From Somniosus microcephalus (taxonomy: Eukaryota): a stretch of DNA of 64,000 bases. Numbering within the stretch: the first letter of the stretch is position 1; each line of letters begins with the position of its first letter. A model generated the notes under the pieces. The model searched no databases and was not told the DNA's origin. It saw only the letters and a program-made list of their open reading frames with translations. The DNA lies in the NCBI GenBank assembly GCA_052327205.1, contig CM126204.1, positions 270,506,001 through 270,570,000 on the forward strand, in the 5' to 3' direction. Below, piece by piece: positions 12,286 to 21,486 of this stretch. Made by a program: the position numbers and the translations under genes.

Positions 12286-12342
12286 ACAATTACAAAGAAA
12301 ATACTCAGTGAGCCTGATGACTACAACAAGTATTACTACTGT

Positions 12343-12770
12343 CTGCCATGGCTCAGTGGTAACATTCTCGCCTCTGAGTCAGAAGGCTGTGGGTTCAAGT
12401 CCCACTCACTCCCAATGCAGTACTGGAGGAGTGTTGCACTGTCGGAGGGTGCTGTCTTTCATTTGAGACATTAAACCAAGGCCCTGTCTGCCTTCTTGGG
12501 TGGACAAAAAAGATCCAAGGGCACTATTTCGAAGAGGAGCAGGGCAGTTCTCCCCAAGTCCTGGCCAATATTTATCCCTCATCCAACATCACTAAAACAG
12601 ATTAGCTGATTACATTGCTGTTTGTAGGATCTTGCTATGTTCAAATTGGCTGCTGTGTTTCCTACATTACAACAGTGACTACACTTCAAAAGAACTTGAT
12701 TGGCTGTAAAATGCTTTGGGATGTCCTGAGGTCATGAAGTCACTATATAAGTACAAGTTATTTCTTTCTT
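12343..12770 (+). mobile_element. SacSINE1-type DeuSINE, near full length
   Basis: A box tggctcagtgg, B box ggttcaagtcc, Deu domain (gtcctggccaatatttatccctc) and L2-type tail (gctttgggatgtcctgagg...ctatataagtacaagttatttctttc). Confidence 0.85.
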
Positions 12771-14499
12771 ACTGAAAGTGTTGTCTCTTCTGATTTTCTA
12801 TCTCTAATTAGCATCTTCTAAGATAATTTGTTCAAGGAAGGCAACACAATACTATACTGCCATCAGGAGTGGGAAATCTGGTTGATTTTCTTTCAGGGCT
12901 ACTGAAGCCATTTGGAGGGAGCCAAAACTGTAATCTTCAATATCAAACCTGGTGATACACAGCAAGGGAAAGACGGAGAAGCAATTGGCCAAGGTTGCTC
13001 TCTCACAGATACTGGAGCCTCAGGTTTCAAAGCAGACTTGGAACAGAGGCTTCTAGTTCCTTCAACTGCTCTGTGCTCAACTTTGTGGCTGAAAATTCTC
13101 ATGGCCATCCTGCTCCAGCAAGCATTCAGATCCTGGAGATCGTATCATTGAAGTTCCAGCATTTGGCACAATTTGTCTGAGGGTCAGCCGAGAGGAACCT
13201 GCCAACCTAGCTGATTGAATCAGCACATTCAGCTTTCAATAGCTGAGAGATGCCGGAACTTTTACTGCATTCCAAAATATTTTGACCTTAACCTCCACCG
13301 GATGGGTTCTGCTGTCTCTGGAGCTACCTATTACGAAGTTTCATTCTAATTACTGGATTATAATAATTGTTGGGGAACAGGTTGTTTTATGATGAGATGA
13401 AAAATACTTAATTTCAACAGTTTCTATTTCTCACAAGATGGAGAGCAATATTCTTGAGTAAAGCCTCAATCTTCATTTCAAAGAGAGGTATGTCATAGCT
13501 ACACTAGGGAGCAATGAACACTCTTGTTTGTACATGTGTTCCTTTGAATGTGGAGCTAAAGAGACAGTGAATGGAACATATATGAGATAATCTGACCAAT
13601 CCATGTAACTAAACTGCACACCTGGGGATGCTAGAAACCAGACAGAACTTTGCCAGAAACAGAGGTTGTACAACCCAGTAAAAGTCCTTCCCAGTGATAC
13701 AGTCCAACCTTCAGACAATGTATAGATTGGTCAGATCATTATCTCAGATAGGTTCCACTCACAGGCTCCTTTGCTCCACCCTCTACAAACAGTGGGACTT
13801 TCATTACTCCCTAGTGTATATGATAATCCTCTTTTTAAGATTTTTTCACAAACCCTGCAAACACATTTAAAGACAATTTCTGTGAGAAATTAATTTGGAA
13901 TTAAGCTAAATTATATACATTTGCAAACACCTGGTGGAAACGGAGCCGAGGATTTCTGTAAATGAAAACATAGGGTAACAATAACTTGGGCAATCAGTAG
14001 GGCTTGATGTAACCATTAAATAACTGAAGTTAAGGTTTAAGTTTTTTGTTATTTCTATTTCACCCAAATATCATCTCTCCCAGCTGTGCTCATAAAAACT
14101 TTTTTTCCAAGGCTGTGCTTTACAAATATTTTATTTTACTGATAGGGCAATGATATGGGCTTTTCTGAATTCTGTGCTCCACAAACCTTTACCCAGATAA
14201 ATTATTATTTCATTTACAAGTTGTTTTGTGAAATATATTTGTACAGTTTCATTGCAGCAGTTTTATATGTTTCTTTCAATTCCTTCGCAGCTTTATAATT
14301 ACAAATCTCCACACATTGCTATGCTGAATACTATATAAAGTGATAACACTTATTATTTCAGTTAATATCTGCACTCAACAAGTCCATGTAGATCTGAGCA
14401 AATAAGAACCTACTTCCTTTACCTAGAACAAACTTAGAACTGCAGAACAAAGAGGAGGCATAATGGGCCAGATTTTGCTGTAGCAGGGCATCTGCCATT

Positions 14500-14905
14500 A
14501 GTTTTCATAATTCTCATCCTTGTTTTCAAATCCTTCCATGACCATGCCCCTCCCTAACTGTAATCTCTTCCAGCCCCACAACAACCCCCACCTCCCCGAG
14601 ATATCTCTGTTCCTCTAATTCAGCCCTCTTGAGCATCCTTGATTATAATCGCTAAACCATTGGTGACTGAGCCTTCTGTTGCCTAGGCCCTAAGCTCTGG
14701 AATTCTCTGCCTAAACCTCTCTGCCTCTCTTTTCTCCTTTAAGACGCTCCTTAAAACCTACCTCTTTGACCAAGTTTTTGGTCACCTGCCTTAATTTCTC
14801 CTTATGTGGCTCAGTGTCAAATTTTTTGCCTTTTAGTACTCCTGTGAAGCGCCTTGGGATGTTTTACTATGTTAAAGGCGCTATATAAATACAAGTTGTT
14901 GTAGT
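14500..14905 (+). mobile_element. L2 LINE 3' end
   Basis: ILILVFKS-type coding remnant, ctctggaattctctgcctaaacc, and tail gtgaagcgccttgggatg...ggcgctatataaatacaagttgttg. Confidence 0.85.
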
Positions 14906-15711
14906 TAGACTTGCCCTTGCATGTTTAATTGCGATTTTTTGAGTTGCAATTTGCTGGAAGTGCAAGATGGAAACAGCATGACGCAGGTAACAGGACCTCG
15001 GAATGAAGTCTGGGGTTGACTATGTAAAGGTCTGACCATGTTTGACGAATCGGTGCATTTTTTGGTTTGCTGTTCTTAAAACGTTTTTGTGCTCACCAAG
15101 GTGAGAGATGTTATTGCTGGGGAATGAAAATGTCCCCATTTCAGGCATCTAGTGTCAGCATCAAGCACTCTCAGATCAGGTATAGCACAGCCAGGTGCAG
15201 AGTAAAGCTCCCTCTATGCCTCAACATCATGCCTCAGCTGCAACTACAGAAAATCACTCCATACTGCACCAACGTGACATGTTTTCCATTTCCAACACTA
15301 GCCAAACTGCTCCTAATTTTGCATACATTTCTGGGTGAGATTGCCATTTACTGTAATGTCAAATTAGGAGCAGTTTTGTACTGTCAGTCCACGCCCGCTA
15401 AGAAATAAAATTGAGACTGTCCAAATCCATTTCACATAGAAGGATCCATATAGGCAGATAACTTAGAGAGGAGACTTTAATTCATTCAGTCTGGTCTGGA
15501 TTACATCCCAATTCCAGAGGTGAAAGGCCAGTATATAACCAACTTTACCATCAAGTTCCCTATTCATGCAATTCTAAGTGAGCCTATTGCTTGGGTGGGC
15601 TAAGCATGCAGATGGAGAAGTCTCAGTTGCACAATGGACATGTTGGTGACTAACAAAGTTTCTGCACCAATATCAAAGAATTGAAGAACTGACAAATTAA
15701 GAGTTTCCCCT

Positions 15712-15975
15712 TTTCTATCGTTGGCTCAGTGGGTAAATGCACTGAGCAGTTTGTTACTAAGCAATATAGATCAGGAAGATCCCAGGTTTGATCTCTCATC
15801 TGTGTTAGCTGATTGTAGCCAGAGCAGTAGCAGAGGAGCTATAATTGGCCTCAGTGCCCTTGGGCTAAGAAGCAAAAGACTAGTCAGTGCTCTGATGGCT
15901 ATCCAGTGACTCCTGTTGGAAAGTGCTCGTACTTGGATGGCTAATGAGGATGGGATTGGTACCATTGCATCATAC
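15712..15975 (+). mobile_element. LF-SINE-like element
   Basis: tggctcagtggg...caggaagatcccaggtttgatc...gctataattggcctcagtgcccttgggcta...gctatccagtgactcctgttggaaagtgc follows the LF-SINE consensus motif order. Confidence 0.75.
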
Positions 15976-16179
15976 CTACTTCTGTCTGGACAACATTTGT
16001 ATTTCTGATTTTCATTGAGTAACTCAGCACAGGCTGGGGATTGAACCTGGGACTTTCTTGGTCTGTACAGTCCAAGACCATGCAGCACATTTACTCATTG
16101 TGCCTTATTTATACTTATTATTTCTTCCAATTTCTGCTGTCAAAACATTGTTTGTTCCAGTTTGTGGGGTATTTCATTA

Positions 16180-16530
16180 CTATGAAATTGCACCTTCCCT
16201 ACCTCATACATCGCCTCCTAGGAGGTACTTTATCAAATGTCTTTTGAAAGTCAAACAAAATGTTGCTTTTTTGGTGTCCCCAAATGTTAAATTACATTCT
16301 CCAGGGGGAAAAAAGTCTAGTTAACTTGTACTACATGACCTCTCATTTGTAAATCAATGCTAGGTTTATGTCTCATCTTCATTTTCAAAGGCCAACCCTG
16401 AACTGTGTCCTTTACAATACTCACAAATAGTTTTACAACATCTGAGGTCAAGCTCACTGGTCTAGAATTCCCAAATCCTCTTATTAATTGGTGCCAGGTT
16501 AGCTACTTCTCAGTCATCTGGGGTCGCCTA
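16180..16530 (-). mobile_element. Degenerate CR1 RT fragment
   Basis: Reverse strand encodes remnants of GNSRPVSLTSDV and DFQKTFDKVP. Confidence 0.6.
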
Positions 16531-16854
16531 GGATTTTGTATTTTTTTAAACCCTTGTTATACAATCAGTGTCAAGTACATTACTATCAATTACCAGCTTT
16601 TTCCTTCCAATTTTCTGCCTCTTCTGAAAGTGCTGATTCATGCTACAGCACAGTCCACAGGCACAAGCCGCGCTCCACTGCATCATCCAAATGACCATTT
16701 TTCATGTTTGACTCTAGGCTATTCAACTGTTAATGGCATCACAGCAGAGCCTGATCACGTTCTCACCTGATGCCCACAAACATGTACATTTCAACAAAAA
16801 TTACTGAATAGTAATCAGGATGATTTTTTTCCTTACATAGGAGATGTTGAGACC

Positions 16855-17425
16855 AGGTTAGACCACACCTGGACTACTGTGAGCAGTTCTGGCCACCACA
16901 CCTTAGGAAAGATATATTGGCCTTAGAGGGAGTGCAGCGTAGGCTTACCAGAATGATACCTGGACTTCAAGGGTTAAGTTATGAGGAGAGATTACAGAAA
17001 TTAGGGTTATATTCCCTAGAATTTAGAAGGTTAAGAGGTGATTTGATTGAAGTTTTCAAGATATTAAGGGGAACAGATATGGTCGATAGAGAGAAACTAT
17101 TTCCGCTGGTTGGGGATTCTAGGACGAGGGAGCATAGTCTTAAAATTAGAGCCAAACCTTTCAGGAGTGAAATTAGGAAACACTTCTACTCACAAAAGGT
17201 GGTAGAAGTTTGGAACTCTCTTCCGCAAACGGCAATTGGTGCTAGAACAATTGTTAATTTTAAATCTGAGATTGATAGTTTTTTGTTAACCAAAGGTATT
17301 AAGGGATATGGGTCAAAGGCGGGTTTATGGAGTTAGGTCGCAGATCAGCCATGATCTCATTGAATGGCAGAACAGGCTCAAGGGACCAAATGGCCTACTC
17401 CTGTTCCTATGTTCTTATGTTCTTA
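16855..17425 (+). mobile_element. CR1 LINE 3' end (young)
   Basis: ORF 16917..17336 (ALEGVQRRLTRMIPGL...KVVEVWNSLPQ), then a 3' UTR ending cctatgttcttatgttctta. Confidence 0.93.
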
Positions 17426-17567
17426 GACTGAACTCTGTGAAGTTTGCCAAGTCAAGGATTAGATAACCCAGGAAAGCTTTAGATTATCTTTAATAAAGTC
17501 ACTGTACTCAATGAAAATCAGAAATACAAATGTTGTGTACCTTAAACATATTACAAAAAACAAAGGG

Positions 17568-17860
17568 CTTCCCAATGGCTTAGTCCATTAAAGCATTGCC
17601 TGGTCTAGTAATGAATCATAAAGATCAGGAAAGTCCCAGATTCAATCCGTGGTCTGTACTGGGTTAGCTGGCGCAGCAATAGTGGGGGCGACAATTGACA
17701 TCAATTGTAGGCTTAGGCTAGGGTGGGGAAAAATCCTCCAGGACTCACACTTCTGAACAAACATGAAGAAATTGCTTCTGGCACGGCAAAACTGTGTGCC
17801 AGGATGAGTCTCTACCTTCCAGAAAGGAGGGGTAAAAATCAGAGGGAAATTGAAGAAGGA
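17568..17860 (+). mobile_element. LF-SINE-like element with internal deletion
   Basis: Contains caggaaagtcccagattcaatccgtggtctgtactgggttagctg...acaattgacatc...gctagggtggggaaaaatc and the tail ccttccagaaaggaggggtaaaa. Confidence 0.65.
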
Positions 17861-18224
17861 AAAATTCTAATCTGACCACAGGTTTTCCCAGATCAAATCC
17901 TTTTTAGCAGTTCTGCAGACAGTCCCTCCAAGGGTTGTTATTATCCTTGTGACTGATTCAAACTACCTTACAGTCCTTTTATTCCATCATTGCTGAAGCA
18001 AGCTTTCTTGTCTGAATTCAGCAGGTATAAACTGGAATTGCATTCTGCAAAACACACCTTCAAAAAAGATATTCATGCCAAAACATGAAAATGTGCAATT
18101 TGTAATTTGAGGCTGCTTCCTGTATCTACTTGTTAGCCTAAATATAGTCTGTCATTATAAGATTTGCTTTCAGAACAATTAGATTGTTTTGTCTGTGTCT
18201 AAAAAAACAAAAGCACTGTTGGAA

Positions 18225-18635
18225 GCAGATTGTGCCTACAGCAATGACTGCAGATTTCCTGTAGCAATACTGGTGATTATTCCTATAGTTTAACTGTACT
18301 GTACCTAAAACAATGACTGTAGATTTTTTACAGCATTGCACCATTAATTATTCCTATAGTATTAACTGCAGGTTTCCTAAACCATTACCTGCGATCATTT
18401 CTATAGCATAACTGTAGATTGCGCGTGTAGCATGAACACTGCTTATACTTATTTGACTACAAATTGTTCCTATCTGTAACGTGAACAGCAGATTGTTGCT
18501 AGATGGTTCGAATCCGTAGCATTAACTGTGTTTTCCCCCATGAACATCGACGACAAAATATTCTTATATAGCAATAAATTGATTGTACCCATAGCATTAA
18601 CTGCAGATTTTATCTGCAGCATTAATTGCAGATTA
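18225..18635. repeat. Degenerate ~25-bp tandem repeat (consensus approx. AACTGCAGATTGTTCCTATAGCATT)
   Basis: Recurring actg(c/t)agatt and cctatagca units, visible about a dozen times. Confidence 0.6.
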
Positions 18636-18670
18636 AGTGGTTTCCTTCCCGGACGTGTGGTTTACAGCTG

Positions 18671-18684
18671 CCACCAGATGGCGC
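18671..18684 (+). promoter_or_regulatory. CTCF binding-site core
   Basis: CCACCAGATGGCGC matches CCASYAGRKGGCRS at every position and lies in a small CpG-retaining, non-repeat patch. Confidence 0.65.
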
Positions 18685-19077
18685 GTCGCTCACACTTTAA
18701 ATGTGTCTCTCGGGCTCTGAGGCAGCGGGTCCTGGTCAAACATCAGCGTCTTTATCGCAATGTGCAATTTGCACAATGTATGGAGCGTTTATTGTTCCAC
18801 CTCCCTCACTCTTACGTTAAAGGGCTTTAAGCTCGATTTTTAACTTGAATTATTTTACACTGGGAGCTATTCAAAAAATCTTTTGTTTGTTGACTAGAAA
18901 TAAATCTGGTGTAAAATATGGAGATTCAAATATTTTGGATGTAGCAGATTGCAAGCAGGCTGAAGAGAAAGGGGTGCGTAAAATGGAACAGAAACTTTCC
19001 CTGGTCACGACTCTCCACGCCGAAACATAGAGAAAAAAACAAGAGAGAAATAAAGGGGGTGAGCAAGAACAAGCGAG

Positions 19078-20250
19078 AGGGAAACTTCAAACTGGCTGTG
19101 AATGAACTGAAAGAGAAAGCAAGAAGGGCTTTCTATGCCATCAAAAAATCAATCCAAATAGAAATCCCAATTAGCATTTGGCTCAAAATTTTCAAATCAG
19201 TAATTGAACCAATTGCACTCTATGGCAGTGAGGTATGGGGACCGCTAACTCAACAAGAATTTGCAAAATGGGACAAACACCCAATTGAGATCCTACATGC
19301 AGAATTCTGTAAAAGTATCCTCCGGACTCAAAGGAAAACAGTAAACAATGCATGCAGGGCGGAACTAGGCCAATATCCATTAATAATCACTATCCAAAAA
19401 AGAGCCACCAAATTTTGGAATCACCTACAAATGAGCAATCCCCAATGCTATCACTACGACGCCCTGAAATGCCAAGAGCTGACCATAAAGAAGAATACCC
19501 TCAGTCAACTAGTCCTGGGACTCAGTGAAGTAACTACTAACAATACTAACAATAACCAGCCCCAGGACAGTGACAGGGTAACACAAAGAATTCGACCCAA
19601 CACAATCGTCGCTAAGCAAAAGGAAAAATATCTGACATATTGGGCAGAAACAACAAAAACCCAAAGCAAACTCAATTGCTACTTGGCCCTAAACAGACAA
19701 TACAACATAGCTGATTACCTGACCATGGTAAAGGATAACAAACTGAGAAGAACCTTGACAAGGTACAGACTTAGCGAACATAGCCTAGCGATCGAAAAAG
19801 GCAGACACAGGCAGACCAGGCTGCCAAGAGAGGACAGGATATGCTCTCACTGCAGTCAGGGAGTGGTGGAGACAGAGATGCACTTCCTCACAGCTTGTGG
19901 AAAATATCAGGGCATCAGGGAGAATTTCTACCAAAAATTCTCACAAATATGCCCTGATTTCAGAAATCTGAATGACAACCAAAAACTCCCATTCCTACTG
20001 GGAGAGGAGAGAAGCTGTATAACACTGGCGGCGCACTATGTTACAGCTTGCCATGAACAGAGGGACAACCAGTAAACTAAGAAAAAAATATATATAAACA
20101 ATGCGAATGTATATTTATACACTCAGGGATATACCTGTTTATACACTGTATGAATAGAACTGCGTTTATGTGCTAAACCATAAATGTATTTTGATGCTTT
20201 GGCAACATAAGATGTAACTTATCATGCCAATAAAGCGATTTAAATTGTAA
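19078..20250 (+). mobile_element. 5'-truncated RTE-X (RTEX)-like LINE with uninterrupted ORF2 C-terminus
   Basis: ORF 19059..20075 has IEPIALYGSEVWG, ILHAEFCKSIL, NNACRAELGQYPL, RYRLSEHSLAIEKGR and a CCHC knuckle (CSHC...ETEMHFLTAC). The 3' end reads catgccaataaagcgatttaaattg. Confidence 0.85.
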
Positions 20251-20261
20251 AAAAAAAAATT

Positions 20262-20770
20262 GAGTGGGTGGATGGGATAGAGAAAGGGGGGGGCGAGATA
20301 AATAGAGGGAGTGGTGAAAGAAGGAAAGAGTGGGAGTGGTGAAAGAAGGAGAGAAAGTGGAAGAAGGAGAGAAATAGAGGGAGTGGTGAAAGAGGGAAAG
20401 AGTGGGAGTGGTGAAAGGAGAGAAAGAGTGGAAGAAGGAGAGAAATGGAGTGGTGAAAGAGGGAGAGCGAAAGAGGAAGAGAAATAGGGAGTGGTGAAAG
20501 TGGGAGAATGAGAGATAGAGGGAGGGAGGATGAGAAAGAGGAAGGAAGGAAGGGAGGGAGGGTGCGAGAGAGAAATAGAGGGAGTGTGTGAGTGAAAGAG
20601 GGAGGGACAGAGAAATAGGGAGAAAAAAGGTGAGAGAAGAATAAGATCGAGCGAAACGACAGGGAGAGGGAGGGACAGAAAAAAATCAAAAAGACAAACA
20701 GCCAGAGAGGAACTTGGGAGAATCAGAGGGAAGGACGGAGTGCGGGGAGGAGGGGGCGAGAGGGAGAAAG
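20262..20770. repeat. Polypurine (GA-rich) low-complexity tract with repeated gggagtggtgaaag units
   Basis: About 500 bp strongly dominated by A/G on the + strand. A short continuation lies at 19028-19080 on the other side of the RTE-X insertion. Confidence 0.9.
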
Positions 20771-20789
20771 TTGTGTCTGTTGTGTGCTT

Positions 20790-21290
20790 GGCAGGAGCGG
20801 TCTGAACTCGGTCACACCACAGCGGCCGAGCGGCTCCCTCCCACTGGGCCGGCTGGGGAGGGGCTGGGATGGTCAGGCCGGCCGGTTGGGGAGGGGCTGG
20901 GTTGGTCAGGCCGGCCGGTTGGGGAGGGGCTGGGATGGTCAGGCTGGCCGGTTGGGGAGGGGCTGGGATGGTCAGGCCGGCCGGTTGGGGAGGGGCTGGG
21001 ATGGTCAGGCCGGCCGGTTGGGAAGGGGCTGGCACACACACACACACGGAGCGGCCGGGACTCGGTAATCGGCCGCATGGGAGGGTGGACGGGTGGCCAC
21101 ACCGGGCCGGTCCGACCGCCTGCCTCTGCTCGGAAACCACCCCGGGTTATTCCTGGGGTCGATCTGGGCTGCGGGACGTGTTGCTGGGATCGGTGCCGTC
21201 TCTCCCGGGGTGAAGGTGGTGGGAGTTACTATACCGGGACCCCCGGGGCTGGAGGGTTACGGACCGACTATGCAGCCGGTGCTTTGCAAA
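20790..21290. promoter_or_regulatory. CpG-island-like region (putative promoter / first exon)
   Basis: High GC and dense CpG against a CpG-depleted background. Not a recognisable transposon. Confidence 0.55.
20847..21032. repeat. 33-bp G-rich minisatellite, ~5.6 copies
   Basis: Unit ggccggttggggaggggctgggatggtcaggcc gives the 11-aa periodicity seen in the ORF track. Confidence 0.95.
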
Positions 21291-21486
21291 CTCTGGAAGA
21301 GTGGTAAATCTTCCCCTCTCGGACCCAATCCCAACATGCTGGGCTCCAATGTTTTCAAAACATTTAGTTCCACAATCAACCTTCATGGTAAAGCTGTTTG
21401 GGGAGAAAAATGTTTAATGCAAATAAATCTCTGCTCCTGTGGTGCTGAGCTTATTTCTAACAAATTCAAAGGCACATTATTCATGG

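Noticed and set aside
20847-21032. Regularly spaced repeats resembling a CRISPR array
   Set aside because: Head-to-tail tandem units with no unique spacers, eukaryotic context and no cas genes.
20166-21213. Several long Pro/Gly/Ser-rich ORFs on both strands
   Set aside because: Produced by the stop-free purine tract and the 33-bp minisatellite. Only the 21077-21303 segment has start and donor signals, and it is reported separately as a hypothesis.
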